The notes under the pieces were generated by a model. That model was not told where the DNA came from. It did no database searches and saw only the letters and a list, made by a program, of their open reading frames with translations. 64,000 nt of DNA from positions 42,966,001 to 43,030,000 of the forward strand of contig OZ024748.1 of NCBI GenBank assembly GCA_964016885.1, read 5' to 3'. Of this stretch, positions 13,436 through 27,606 are shown one piece after another. Source of the stretch: Eledone cirrhosa (Eukaryota). How positions within the stretch are numbered: position 1 is the first letter of the stretch; each line of letters begins with the position of its first letter. A program made the position numbers and the translations under genes.

Positions 13436-14444
13436 GGTATACAATTGAAAAGTATGAATTTTAGAAAGCTTTTGTTGTATATGTTGTGTTCAGAATGTAA
13501 TTATTTTTCTCTCTTTTATTTTATTATTGTTGATGTGAGAGGCCATATACATTGTTTATAGGACATAAGTATCATTTCTTCAATAAACCATTTGTTGAGC
13601 TTTCAAAACTAATCTTGACAGCTGTGTGTTATAATTTCATCGGATTTAATCTATGATTGATCTAAAACAGATACTACCTCTGTTTAATAAATAAATAGTC
13701 TTTGTCATTTGAAACTGTAGTCTGCTTTGAAATAAGAATTATAGAAGAAGAAGAAGAAGAAATTGTGTTGGGATATATGAAAAAAAAAAGATATACAATA
13801 CTTCTTTCTAGGTAGTCTTTAAACAAGGGCAGGGCTATTTATTTAGGATTTATAAAATACCATATGTGAATAAGTGTTACCTGAAGAAGTTTTAAGTAGT
13901 TTGGTTGGTAAGTGTGTGTGTGTGTGTAATATTTATAATAATATGGATGAGGTGTCAAATTTTTATTACATTTATTGAGGTATGACGTGTTTCGCGATTG
14001 AACAGCTCAAGGTTTGATCTGTGTTGATCGGGCCCGACTGGCAGCAAAAGTATCTCAGACTTCTGTTAGCGGAATAAATAAATATATGAGTGTGTATACT
14101 AGCAGAATACCCGGTGTTGCTCAGAGTAAAATGTAGCTATAAAAGGAGCATATAAATGGACCAGTATTGTTCTTAATTAATGAAGGCCTGTTCAATTTGA
14201 TGGATCAATACTGGGTTTCTTTTGAAGATATGTTATGCCACTTATGACCTGATTTCTTCTCTTGAAGAATCTTGCTACTAACTTGGATATTTCAATACTA
14301 ACCAGGAGTTTCAGGAGGTTTCCTATCAGAAGGATTAATACCCTTATGTTGAAGGCTCACCATTGAACTGTACCATCCTTCTGCTTCCTTTAACATTACC
14401 ATAAATTTCTAGGAGTTTGTCAACATCCCCTTAATTCCACTTAA

Positions 14445-14659
14445 CCCTTTAGCATTTAAACTGGCCATATCTAGCCAGAATTCTCTCACCTCTTTCTGTT
14501 TGAACTAACTGTAACTGACCACTCATACTGATGTTAAGGTATTGTTTTCAACATAAACAATATCAAAACCTCAGAGATTCGATATTTGGTGAGATATGAG
14601 GTAAAACCTTTACTGTGAAAATATAACAGTAAATATAGAGTAATATAAATACTAAAGGG
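14445..14659. mobile_element. piggyBac-like MITE
   Basis: TTAA|CCCTTTAGCATTTA ... TAAATACTAAAGGG|TTAA: TTAA TSD with CCC/GGG termini. Confidence 0.8.
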
Positions 14660-15324
14660 TTAAATTTTTATTTCATTTACAGTTCTCTCTCTTGCTACGT
14701 AAACATTCACTGGTGTTGTGACAGTAGCAGATAAAAACCTCTTTTGTTAAAAGTAAATTGTTGTTTTTGACATAAAATATTAGAACATGTTTGCTAATGT
14801 AGAAGTCCACTTAAGATTGGTGAGAGATAAGTGTTTGTGAGAGGAAAGGTATTTGGTAACTCTGATCTCACTCCTGTGTGTGTGTGTGAGAGAGATATAT
14901 GCATATGAAAACGACATGGCAGAACAATACTGTACAACGATGAGTAGTAAAAGTCTTATTCTTCAGAAGATAGAATGAGAGATAGATGAGAGTAAGTAAA
15001 GGAAGAAATAGAAGAAAAAAAATTCACAGAAGTAAAGTGTGTGTGTATGATTTAGTGTATGTTTTCACTTCTTGCAAGGGTTGATGATAATGGCAATGAT
15101 ATATATATAAAGAGAGAGAGGATGAGGTTCTTCTCTGAAGACCTTCTACTCTCCAGCTCTCCTGAGACTTTATTACCACTGCTGAGTAATGAACTAGTGG
15201 TATAGGTGGAGTTAAGTCATTTATTTTCATCACCTCATATTATTATTGACAGCACTGGTTCATTGTATGTGTGTGTGTATATATATATATATTTATATAT
15301 ATACACACAATTTGTGTTAGTGTA

Positions 15325-16046
15325 TCATCATCATCATCATCATCATCACCATTTTATGTCCGTTCTTCCACGCTAGCATGGGTTAGACGGGTTGTCCTGT
15401 TGTGAGCAGTGTCCGGTCAGCTGACCTTGTCTTGCTCATACGGGAACTGATTCTGGCTTGATTTCTACAGCTGGATGCCCTTCCTAACACCAGCCTCATG
15501 TACAGTGTGGGCTGGGTGCTTTTTTGCCGTGGCACCTCCACGACCACTTTGCAGTGGGAGGGTGTGGGGGCATATTGTCTATATGCTTCAGCTTCGGCTT
15601 GTACCCATGGGGAGTCGGGTCTTCTATATTACTGTGTGATGCCAGAGGTCACATTCGTGTGCCATCGCCTTTGAGAGGTGTAATTGGGTAAGGTCGGCTT
15701 TTATCACCTCATCCCAGGTCTTCTTTGGTCTCCCCACTCCTCGGTTTCCATCGACTTCTGCTGCTCTGCACCTTTTTATGCAGCTGTCATCCTTCATACA
15801 CATCACATGTCCATACCAACGCAACCGCCTCTCCTGCACACAGCATTTGATTCCTCTTATGCTCAGTCTCTCTCTCAATTCATTTATGCTTTGCCGTTCG
15901 CGTATATTACTATTACACATCCATCGGAGCACGCAGGCTTCATTTCTTTCTAATCTACGCAAGTCTTCCACAGACAGCGCCAGGTCTCACTACCATGTAA
16001 CATTGCTGTTCGTATACACGCATCATACAGTCTGCCTTTCATTTTG
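15325..16046 (-). mobile_element. RTE LINE 3' fragment with 3' UTR
   Basis: KMKGRLYDACIRTAMLHGSETW...ERRLRWYGHV...GVGRPKKTW on the minus strand, with a (GAT)n tail near 15325-15350. Confidence 0.85.
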
Positions 16047-16117
16047 AGGGATATATGTAATACATATATATACACACAATTTATTTGTGTTAGTATACCT
16101 ATACATGTGTATATAAG

Positions 16118-16168
<51 letters not shown>

Positions 16169-16804
16169 ATTTATTTGTGTTAGTATACCTATGCATGTGT
16201 ATGTAATATATATATATATACACACACACAATTTATTTATGTTAGTATATCTATACATGTGTATATCATATATATATATATATACACACACCCAATTTAT
16301 TTGTGTTAGTATATCTATACATATGTATGTCATATATATATATATACACACACACACAATTTATTTGTGTTAGTATATCTATACATATGTATGTCATATA
16401 CACACATACACACACAAAGTGGATAAGTATTAATAAATAAATCAGATTGTAAAGTTATAATAAGTGCGACTGTGTCTGTTGTTTGAGTGAATTAATAAGT
16501 ACATCTTGTCTAATGTCACACTTACAATGTCTGTATTGTATTACTGGCTTTCAGTTGAAGAAAACAGCCATTTCACACATGTGAAATATGTAGAGAAAAT
16601 AAATATTTCATTGGGGAAAAATTGGAGAGCTTATTTATATGAGTAAATACCTGTAGAGACTAATTAATTTGATGCATTCTTAACCCCCAACCACCTTTTT
16701 TTTTTTCTTCTTTTAAATCTGTTACAGCCAGCTGGCTGAGGCCATGCTGGAGCACAGCCATTGAAATATTTGTAGAAATATTTTAGCTTCTATTTACATT
16801 TACG

Positions 16805-17060
16805 TCAGTAAGTAGACTTCAGTATTTTGGTCATGTCATCAGGGTCTAGAATTTGACTACCCACATCCTTGAGAGACGAATACAGGGGGAAAGGGGCAGG
16901 GGACGGCAGAAAAGGAGATGGACAGATGATATTAAGGAATGGATGGGAAGGAATTTGGTGGAATGTACGGCAATGGCAAGAAACAGGAAAAGATGAAGAG
17001 GGCTTGTCCATAAGTCCATGACCCCCGACCCTCAGATATGAGGATGGGATGAGATGAAAA
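16805..17060 (+). mobile_element. Old RTE-type LINE 3' remnant
   Basis: SRLQYFGHVIR and GRGRQKRRWTDDIKEW-like translation. Confidence 0.6.
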
Positions 17061-17265
17061 AGGACATTTACTTTAGATACATACTAGTAATGATGATGAT
17101 GGCATAGATGTTGAAGATAAATCAGTGACTAATTTATTTTTATGTCTTCAAAATGTTTGTTTTTCTTCTCTTTATCTTGATATCCCCCCCCGCTTCATTT
17201 TTGTGTGTAAAACATGAATTATCTGATGTCTGTCATAGTTTTACATTGTATCATTCCTATAAGAT

Positions 17266-18158
17266 TCTCTATTACAAGAACCTCTCTTAAACCATCTTGT
17301 CTCTATTACAACAACTCTCCAACCATCTTGTCTCTATTACAAGCACTCTCCAACCATCTTGTCTCTATTACAAGAACTCTCCAACCATCTTGTCTCTATT
17401 ACAAGAACTCTCCAACCATCTTGTCTCTATTACAATAACTCTCCAACCATCTTGTCTCTATTACAAGAACTCTCTAACCATCTTGTCACTATTACAAGAA
17501 CTCTCCAACCATCTTGTCTCTATTACAAGAACTCTCCAACCATCTTGTCTCTATTACAAGAACTCTCCAACCATCTTGTCTCTATTACAAGAACTCTCCA
17601 ACCATCTTGTCTCTATTACAATAACTCTCCAACCATCTTGTCTCTATTACAAGAACTCTCTAACCATCTTGTCACTATTACAAGAACTCTCCAACCATCT
17701 TGTCTCTATTACAAGAACTCTCCAACCATCTTGTCTCTATTACAAGAACTCTCCAACCATCTTGTCTCTATTACAATAACTCTCCAACCATCTTGTCTCT
17801 ATTACAATAACTCTCCAACCATCTTGTCACTATTACAAGAACTCTCCAACCATCTTGTCTCTATTACAAGAACTCTCCAACCATCTTGTCTCTATTACAA
17901 GAACTCTCCAACCATCTTGTCTCTATTACAAGAACTCTCCAACCATCTTGTCTCTATTACAATAACTCTCCAACCATCTTGTCTCTATTACAAGAACTCT
18001 CTAACCATCTTGTCACTATTACAAGAACTCTGCAACCATCTTGTCTCTATTACAAGAACTCTCCAACCATCTTGTCTCTATTACAAGAACTCTCCAACCA
18101 TCTTGTCTCTATTACAAGAACTCTTCAACCATCTTGTCTCTATTACAAGAACTCTCCA
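17266..18158. repeat. 31-bp minisatellite, about 28 copies
   Basis: Unit CTCTATTACAAGAACTCTCCAACCATCTTGT. It accounts for the repetitive ORFs at 17.2-18.3 kb. Confidence 0.97.
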
Positions 18159-19164
18159 GCAATAGGAAGGGGCATGTATGGTGTGTGCCACTGGTATTTA
18201 TTGAGTTGCTGTGGCACATTGTGTGCCACTGGTGTTCATTGAACTTGTGCCTTGCTCAAGGACAAGAAAGGTTCTTACATCAAATTACAATGAGAGTTCT
18301 TTTGATAATTATAAACCTGTTAAAACAAAGTTTTGTATTGTAGAACCAAGAGATAGAATTTAGATATTTTGGTGTAGAGCTTCTCATACAACAGTTTCTC
18401 AATTAAATGTTAGAATGAAGAAACTATAATGAAATGTTTCTTTCGTTCACTACATCATTACCATGTATGGCTGCTTAGAAAAGAAATTGCTATTATGAAA
18501 GAACATTAGAGAGTTGGGGCCCATCAGCTGAGCTCTTGCTGTTTCAACAGTAAATTCCAGACTGAAGGAACATATATAAAACTCCTTTAACTAATTGTTT
18601 TATCTTTTTTATAGCAATGGCTTCCAGTTTTAACTTGCTCCATCTCATTATTTACTGACAGCTCATCAAACATGAAACATTTTAACCTAATCTCTTTTGT
18701 CTCCTAACCACATCGCATGTTTGTCTTCTCATTTCAAGTGTTTGTTCATTTTAAAAAGCTGTGTTTTATCTGGTAGCTTGATGGATATTTAAAGACTTGA
18801 AACTCTGAGGTTTAATCATCATCATCATCACCACCACCACCACCACCATCATCACCATCATTGTTTAACGTCCATTTTCCGTGCTAGCAAGGAATGGATG
18901 TGTCATCATAGATTGTGTGCCTTTTATCGTGACATTAACACTAGGGAAGATGTCACAATGAGTAGGAACGAGGTATCAATATGGCATGATTATGTTTATT
19001 CACATGTGGTGTGTACTTCACGATTGATCAGCTCAAGGAATGATCGGTATCGATTGCACCTGACTCTGAAATCGATGGCTCGTCAGACTTGTGGTAATGA
19101 CAGAAGATATATATATCCTACCCATGCTAGCGTGGAAGATGGACGTTAAATGATGATGATGATA

Positions 19165-19224
<60 letters not shown>

Positions 19225-20158
19225 GTAATAGACAAAAATCACCCGGTCCACACTGTAAATATAGTTGGTCGTGTGAAGGGCATCCAGCTGTAGAAACCAA
19301 GCCAAAACCAGTTCTGTGTGAGAAAATCATGGTCATCAGACCTCGCATATCTCATAACGCGGCAACTCATATAACCTATGATAGACATTAAACAGTGATG
19401 ATGATGTAATAGAATTTCATATGAACCATTACCTTATTAGTCTTTATAATAAGATAAGACTAAATGGAAAAGCCTGTCATGGGATGTCATAAAGCTAACC
19501 CCAACTTTAGCAGAGAAAATGTCCTTTAAACGGTTGTTGTTGTTGTAGTATGTACATCAAGAGAATGTCATCTTATATAATATTTCGAATCTTAACTTTC
19601 TTAAATAGCTTTATATGAAGCTAGAAAGTTTTGTGGCTTGTTTGACCAGATTATAAGTGGCACAGTTGTATGCTTTAATCACATTGACAAACATTTATTT
19701 TCTGGGTCCAAAGTGCCCTTTCTAGTTTGTTTTCTCCACTTTTATTTGAATAACATTGTTTGCCAGCAAGATGGAAATAGTTTCATTTTTTGTAAATATT
19801 TTAATTGAATTGAGTTAGCTAAAGGAAATATTTCTAGTTTAAGACCATCACTACTACTATTACTATCACTACCAGCACCATCACCACCACTGCCAGTACC
19901 TTTTCTACGTCCATTTTTCCATATTTGTTCATCAACCCCTTTACAGAGTGGACTGGGTGTTTTGTTGTTGTGGCACCAAGACAACCACTTTACAGAGTGG
20001 ACTGGGTGTTCTGTTGTTATATTTACTAAAGTCAAAGTAGACAACTGAAGCATATCATAAAATATTTAATGGGGGGGGGGGGGGGGTTCTGGGCTTAAAA
20101 CTATAAATTTGATTATTTATAGCTTTTTCTAGCCTGTAGCCTCTGTAAAATGGTTTAT

Positions 20159-20983
20159 GTTAGAAAGGGCATCCAGCTGTAGAAATTGCCAATAATTGGA
20201 ACATGGTAGTGTGATGTGCTGTTAGAAAGGGCATCCAGCTGTAGAAACTGCCAATAATTGGAACATGGTAGTGTGATGTGCTCTTAGAAAGGGCATCCAG
20301 CTGTAGAAACTGCCAATAATTGGAACATGGTAGTGTGATGTGCTGTTAGAAAGGGCATCCAGCTGTAGAAACTGTGGCAATAATTGGAACATGGTAGTGT
20401 GGTGTGCTGTTAGAAAGGGCATCCAGCTGTAGAACTGTGGCAATAATTGGAACATGGTAGTGTGATGTGCTGTTAGAAAGGGCATCCAGCTGTAGAAACT
20501 GTGGCAATAATTGGAACATGGTAGTGTGATGTGCTGTTAGAAAGGGCATCCAGCTGTAGAAACTGTGGCAATAATTGGAACATGGTAGTGTGATGTGCTG
20601 TTAGAAAGGGCATCCAGCTGTAGAAACTGTGGCAATAATTGGAACATGGTAGTGTGATGTGCTGTTAGAAAGGGCATCCAGCTGTAGAAACTGTGGCAAT
20701 AATTGGAACATGGTAGTGTGATGTGCTGTTAGAAAGGGCATCCAGCTGTAGAAACTGTGCCAATAATTGGAACATGGTAGTGTGATGTGCTGTTAGAAAG
20801 GGCATCCAGCTGTAGAACTGTGGCAATAATTGGAACATGGTAGTGTGATGTGCTGTTAGAAAGGGCATCCAGCTGTAGAAACTGTGGCAATAATTGGAAC
20901 ATGGTAGTGTGATGTGCTGTTAGAAAGGGCATCCAGCTGTAGAACTGTGGCAATAATTGGAACATGGTAGTGTGATGTGCTGC
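20159..20983. repeat. 62-64-bp minisatellite, about 13 copies, containing a SINE/RTE-UTR motif
   Basis: Unit GTTAGAAAGGGCATCCAGCTGTAGAAACTGTGGCAATAATTGGAACATGGTAGTGTGATGTGCT. The first half matches GTTAGGAAGGGCATCCAGCTGTAGAAA in the SINEs. Confidence 0.95.
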
Positions 20984-21150
20984 TTTGACTCATCGGGGAT
21001 GGTAGTATCTCTGAATAAGAACTATGTTAGACTTTAATAAACCATCAAACCCATACCAGCATGGAAAGGTGTTATAAAGTGATAATGATGACGATGGTGA
21101 TGACTAAGGGTAGGATCTATTAAGATGCAAGTGTTTTGGTTTAATTATTT

Positions 21151-21210
<60 letters not shown>

Positions 21211-21365
21211 TTATATATATATATCATCGTTTAATGTCCATGTTTCCTTGCTAACATGGGTTGGATGAGTTTTCCTGTTGTGAGCAACATCAGGTCAGGT
21301 GACCATGTCTTGCTCATACTGAACCAAGCAAGACATGGTCACCTGACCTGGCATTGCTCACGACA

Positions 21366-21399
<34 letters not shown>

Positions 21400-21403
<4 letters not shown>

Positions 21404-22190
21404 GAACTAAGGAAAAAATTAGAAATAAGAGGGATCAGATGTTGTTTACTCGAGAGAAGGCTACGTTGGTACGGTCACGTGATGCGCATGAAAGACGACA
21501 GCTGTATAACAAAGTGCAGGGCAATAAAGATAGACGGTAGCCACGGAGTAGGCAGACCCAGAAAAACATGGGACGAGCTGATAAATTCCGACCTCACACG
21601 CTTACACCTCTCCAAGACAATGTCACTGGGCCGAGACCTTTGGCGGTACTCAGTAATAGAGAAGACCCGCCTTATCTAAATACAAAGTAAAAACCTACTA
21701 CAGTCAGTAGGCATCTCTATCAAAACACCCCCCGTCCCACCACCTCCACCCCATCCACACCGCCCCTTTCAATGTACAGTTATGTTGGTCCCACAACATC
21801 CAGGCCGAAACAAATGAGATCGTGTAGGTGTCACGACAAAAAAACACACAGTCCACGCTGTAAATGTGGCCGTGTAGGCAACACGGTAAAAACCTCCCAG
21901 CCCCACACTGTAAATGTGGTTGGTGTTAGGAAGGGCATCCAGCTGTAGAAAACCCGCCAGACAGTCCACGCTGTAATGTGGCCGTGTAGGCAACACGGTA
22001 AAAACCTCCCAGCCCCACACTGTAAATGTGGTTGGTGTTAGGAAGGGCACCCAACTGTAGAAAACCCGCCAGACAGTCCTATGCGAGCAAGACAACCACT
22101 CTTGCCTCAAGTGGGTGGGAAAACCCCCGTCCAAACCCATGCAAGCGTGGAACACGGACGCTAAACCTGATGATGATGATGATGATGATA
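21400..22190 (+). mobile_element. RTE LINE 3' end (second subfamily) with 3' UTR and (GAT)n tail
   Basis: MRMKDDSCITKCRAIKIDGSHGVGRPRKTW. Colinear with 55030-55720. Confidence 0.85.
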
Positions 22191-22197
22191 TATATAT

Positions 22198-22462
22198 ATC
22201 ATCATCATTTTACATCCGCTTTTCCCTGCTTGCAAGGGTGGGACGGGAACTGACTCCGGCTTGATTTTTACAGCTGGATGCCCTTCCTAACACCAACCTC
22301 ATTTACAGTGAGTGCTGGGTGCTTTTTTGCCGTGGCACCTCCACGTCCACTTTGCAGTGGAATGATAGGGACCCCAGTCCTTATCATCTCATTTCTACAG
22401 CTGAGTAAACTGGAGCAATGTGAAATAAAGTGTCTTGCTCAAGGAAACAACACATCACCCGG
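22198..22462 (-). mobile_element. SINE family A, 5'-truncated
   Basis: Reverse complement of the 29700-29960 body. Confidence 0.85.
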
Positions 22463-23231
22463 TCTATATATATATATAAAAAGTCAAAAACCAAAAATGA
22501 TACTTCAAATCATTTTATCAACTTTTACAGTCATTTCAATTTTAATGCAAGGATAGGTGTTAGTGTGTCTGTCTGTCTGTCTGTGTGTGTGTGTCTGTCT
22601 CTGTGTGTCAATAATTATAGTAATTTAGGGTTTGGCTTTCAATGGCATATATGTAAATTTAAGAACATTCTTTTAGCCTTTGTTTTTTTTTTTAATTGAA
22701 GTTCTTGTTAAAATGGTAAATAAAATATATCCAGCTGCTCTATGTTGCCAACAATTTCTGAGTAATTAGAATCTCTCTCTCTCTCACTCCCTTTCTCTCC
22801 CCCGCTCTCTCTCCATTTCTCTCTCCCCCTCTCTCTGTCTCTCTCTCTCTCTACATCTGTCATCCTTCTGTTTATTTATGGCTTGTTCCTACCCTTCTTA
22901 TTGTCTGCTGCTACCATTTCCAAAGAGATAGTAGTTTTACATTCCTGCAGAATAGCTTCCTTGCTTCAGTTAATATTTTTAACTGCCAACCATTTGAGGT
23001 GGAAACCAGTAGCTATATTCTCTCTTTTTTCTCTGCTCTTGATGGGTTCCATAAAGGACAGGATAGTTAAAAAGTACAAGTCCTTCTTTTTGTCACCTAG
23101 AAAAGGTAAACTATGACAAAAAAACATGTCTTCATATTGAAATGTATTTATTGGTCAAACAATATTTTTGGTGAATTCTTTGAAGTCATTTTTTGATATA
23201 AGTTTAAAAAATTGAATTTAAAAACAAAATA

Positions 23232-23454
23232 TCCAAGGGGCTGCTGAAAAGTTCAAGGCTTTGGGTAAAAACAAAATACAGGAGGATCAGTAAATTATGA
23301 TTTTATCCGACATATTCCCCTCTCAAATTCACACACTTATTACAGCAGTCCTTCAGTTTTTCTAAGCCCTGTAAAAAGTATGTGAAAGTTTGGGCCTCCA
23401 ACCAGGCCCCTGTAATACCCTTAAAGCCAGTAACTTTTCAGCAACCCCTTTGTA
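23232..23454. mobile_element. mariner-like MITE
   Basis: Inverted ends CAAGGGGCTGCTGAAAAGTT and AACTTTTCAGCAACCCCTTTGTA, with a terminal TA on the right. Confidence 0.6.
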
Positions 23455-23889
23455 CCTTTTGATATTTCTAGTCATTACTGTAATGTTGTTGTTGTTTGTT
23501 TAATCTCAGAAGTTCCATCAAATATAAATTGTAATTATATACCTTTATATTTTACCAATTTCTTACCTTATTTCTCTAATGAAAAACAATGACATTTCAA
23601 TCGATTTTGAAAACAATAATTTTGTGGGATTTGAACTCAGGGAGTTGGAATGAATACCATAAAGTATTCTATGGGATGTTCTAATGACTCTGACAATTCA
23701 AAGGGTTACTGCTATTATAGAGAAGATTATAACTAAACTCACTGTTAACAGTTGTTTTAAAATACTGAAATATATCCATGGTTGTTACAGATGAATGAAT
23801 GACTGTCTCTTGAACAAAGTAGGTTATTGTTCGTGCTTATAGAGTCTCACTTTACCTGTACAATAGTCCAGCACGCACGCGCGCACGCA

Positions 23890-23932
<43 letters not shown>

Positions 23933-24330
23933 ATATTTACTTTGTTGTAATTTTTTAAAATAATTTATTATAGGTGATTTCTGGTTGAATGTCTCAGAAG
24001 TTCATTGACCATAGTATTGTATTGTATTGTGGTTGTTCTTGGATTTTAATTTATCTGGGGGTGTTTTTGTTTGTTGTTGTTGTTTTATTTTTAGGGGTGA
24101 GGGTGGCGATATGGCAGAATCCTCCACCACTGTTTTGATGCCCCCATGTTAGCATGGGTTGGATGAGTTGTGTTGAGGCAATGTTTTACAGCTGGGTGCC
24201 CCTCCCTGATGCTAACCCTTTTATCTCCTCATACAACACACAGGGATACAGTGTACCTATTCTTAAACCCAGGAATGTGAACCCTTTTCATATTATTTAT
24301 TGATAATGTTGGTGTAGTTGTTAGGTATTT

Positions 24331-24691
24331 AATGGAATGATATCAACTACTGATGGAATGATATCAATTATTGGTGAAATGATATCAACTACTGATGGAA
24401 TGATATCAACTACTGATGGAATGATATCAACTACTGATGGAATGATATCAACTACTGATGGAATGATATCAACTACTGATGGAATGATATCAACTACTGA
24501 TGGAATGATATCAACTATTGATGGAATGATATCAACTATTGATGGAATGATATCAACTATTGATGGAATGATATCAACTATTGATGGAATGATATCAACT
24601 ATTGATGGAATGATATCAACTACTGATGGAATGATATCAACTACTGATGGAATGATATCAACTATTGATGGAATGATATCAACTATTGATG
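24331..24691. repeat. 21-bp minisatellite, about 17 copies
   Basis: Unit TGATGGAATGATATCAACTAY. Confidence 0.95.
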
Positions 24692-24799
24692 AAATATTTT
24701 AAAAGAATCAACAAATTTGTTTATAAATGTGTGTGAAACCTAAGCTATGTGTCAACCTGTATATTGTAAAAATACCCCACCCCACCTGTCTCAACATGA

Positions 24800-25915
24800 A
24801 TCATCACCACCAAATGACGACACCACCTCCTCCACCACCACCATCATCACCACCAAACAACGACACCACCTCCTCTCCACCACAACCACTATTACCATCA
24901 TCACTGCCAAACGACGACACCACCTTCTTCTCCTCTACCACCATCACCACCACTACCTCCAGAATCACCACTACTACCAAACAACAATACCACCAGCACC
25001 TCCAACAACAAACACCACTACCACCACACCTACCACCACCACCACAACTACCACCACCATCACCAAACAACAATACCTGCAGCACCTCCAACAACAAACA
25101 CCACCACCACCACACTTACCACCACCACCACCACCACCACAACTACCACCACCTACACCAAACAACAATACCTGCAGCACCTCCAACAACAAACACCACT
25201 TCCACCACACCTACCACCACCACCACAACTACCACCACCATCACCAAACAACAATACCTGCAGCACCTCCAACAACAAACACCACTACCACCACACCTAC
25301 CACAACTACCACCACCATCACCAAACAACAATACCTGCAGCACCTCCAACAACAAACACCACCACCACCACCACAACTACCACCACCATCACCAAACAAC
25401 AATACCTGCAGCACCTCCAACAACAAACACCACTACCACCACACCTACCACCACCACCACAACTACCACCACCATCACCAAACAACAATACCTGCAGCAC
25501 CTCCAACAACAAACACCACGACCACCACACTTACCACCACCACCACAACTACCACCACCACCACCACCACCACCACCACAACTACCACCACCATCACCAA
25601 ACAACAATACCTGCAGCACCTCCAACAACAAACACCACTACCACCACACCTACCACCACCACCACCACCATCACCAAACAACAATACCTGCAGCACCTCC
25701 AACAACAAACACCACTACCACCACACCTACCACCACCACCACAACTACCACCACCATCACCAAACAACAATACCTGCAGCACCTCCAACAACAAACACCA
25801 CTACCACCACACCTACCACCACCACCACAACTACCACCACCATCACCAAACAACAATACCTCCAGCACCTCCAACAACAAACACCACAACTACCACCACC
25901 ACCACCACCACCATT
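24800..25915. repeat. CCA-rich compound minisatellite
   Basis: Anchor CAAACAACAATACCTGCAGCACCTCCAACAACAAACACC separated by variable (CCA)n runs. Confidence 0.93.
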
Positions 25916-26144
25916 TTTAAACAGACTTAAAAATAATGAATTGTTATTATCTATATTGTGTTGTTATTGAAACTAGTTTTATTTCAATATGTGGTTGACA
26001 CACATTGCTGTCACACATTGGTGACACACAACTGTATCATCCACTGAGTTAGGGTTTAACATTTAAGTACACCCAGTTTATTTCAATGAACAAACCTGAA
26101 GTTTATATCAAACAAGTTACTCAAATATATGAATGATATATATA

Positions 26145-26620
26145 TCATCATCATCATCATCATCAACGTTTAACGTCCGTGTTCCACGCTTGCATGGGTT
26201 TGGACGGGGGTTTTCCCACTTGAGGCAAGAGTGATTGTCTTGCTCGCATAGGACTGTCTGGCAGGTTTTCTACAGTTGGATGCCCTTCCTAACACCAACC
26301 ACATTTACAGTGTGGGTCTGGGAGGTTTTTACCGTGTTGCCTACACGGCCACATTACAGCGTGGACTGTGTGTTTTTTTGTCGTGACACCTACACGATCT
26401 CATTTGTTTCGGCCTGGATGGTGTGGCACCAACATAACTTTACATAGAAAGGGGCGGTGTGGATGGGGTGGGGGTGGTGGGACGAGGGTGTATTTTGTTA
26501 GAGATGCCTACTGACTGTAGTAGGTTTTACTTTGTATTTAGGTAAGGCGGGTCTTCTCTATTACTGAGTACCGCCAAAGGTCTCGGTCCAGTGACATTGT
26601 CTTGGTGAGGTGTAAGTGTT
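26145..26620 (-). mobile_element. RTE LINE 3' UTR fragment
   Basis: Reverse complement of the 21600-22190 region. Confidence 0.8.
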
Positions 26621-26639
26621 ATATATATATATATAGATA

Positions 26640-27150
26640 AATCTACCAAAAGTTTACGGTAGTGTCCAATCCGTATGAAGAACTCAATGTAATCCGGATA
26701 TCATGAAAAGAGAAGACGCATTCAAAAACTACTTTCGGTGAAAAATAAACGGAAAACAGAGTCAAGATAAATTAATAAAATAATGAATAAACAAAGAAAC
26801 AATTCCTTATATTAAAAAAATTCATCATTTTACGATCGTTTCTAGGATATATATGTGTTAGAGTTGGTATGCATATTCTATAGATCTATGTACAATATTT
26901 ATACAAACTATCAGAGGGAATATACATACCTACACATATATATGCTGTCTTCAGAAATAATCTTATTATTTCTGAAGACAGCATATATATGTGTAGGTAT
27001 GTATATTCTCTCTGATAGTTTGTATAAATATTGTACATAGATCTATAGAATATGCATACCAACTCTAACACATATATATCATAGAAACGATCGTAAAATG
27101 ATGAATTTTTTTAATATAAGGAATTGTTTCTTTGTTTATTCATTATTTTT
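26640..27150 (-). mobile_element. Fold-back Penelope-like insertion (about 185-bp arms plus unique tail)
   Basis: 26777-26961 is a near-perfect inverted repeat of 26965-27149. It is flanked by (TA)n and has a hammerhead in each arm. Confidence 0.7.
26963..27105 (+). ncRNA. Type I hammerhead ribozyme with extended stem II
   Basis: UUAUUAUUU CUGAAGA (26972) - ~105-nt hairpin - GAAAC GAUC GUA (27084-27095) AAAUGAUGA. Stem I is 9 bp including GU pairs, and stem III is palindromic. Confidence 0.7.
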
Positions 27151-27184
27151 TTAATAATTTATATATATATAATATATATATTAA

Positions 27185-27606
27185 AATTCAAATATTAACA
27201 AAAATAGATATTCTTGTGATCAATTAAATTTTATTATACATATTTCAGAGGTACTTGAATCAGGTTCAACAGTACGTCCTCATCAGATAAAATAAAATGA
27301 TACATGACATACCCTCACATGTTAGATGGTTAAGATTTAATCAATTAAGATTTAATCATGTCAGGTTTAATCATGTCAGGTTATGCCATGTATCATTTTA
27401 TTTTATCTGATGAGGACATACTGTTGAACCTGATTCAAGTACCTCTGAAATATGTATAATAAAATTTAATTGATCACAAGAATATCTATTTTTGTGTTAA
27501 TATTTGAATTAATATTAATAACTCTGGAAAATATTTTTACTGTAGAGTGCTTCCAATCTACTGTAAAACTCATTCTTTGATGTACTCATTGAATCTTGTT
27601 TAACTC

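Noticed and set aside
14097-14130. Possible Helitron/Helentron-type terminus (ACTAGCAGAATACCCGGTGTTGC), similar start at ~59907
   Set aside because: The other end could not be identified by eye.
17214-18343. Overlapping LRR-looking ORFs (LQELSNHLVSI...)
   Set aside because: Translation of a 31-bp tandem repeat, which is not a multiple of three.
24727-25970. 397-aa and 407-aa Pro/Thr/His-rich ORFs
   Set aside because: They come from a CCA-rich minisatellite that lacks stops in several frames. The peptide cycles through frames and there is no splice or homology support.
26855-27071. Identical 61-aa ORFs on both strands
   Set aside because: A consequence of the palindrome, not a gene pair.
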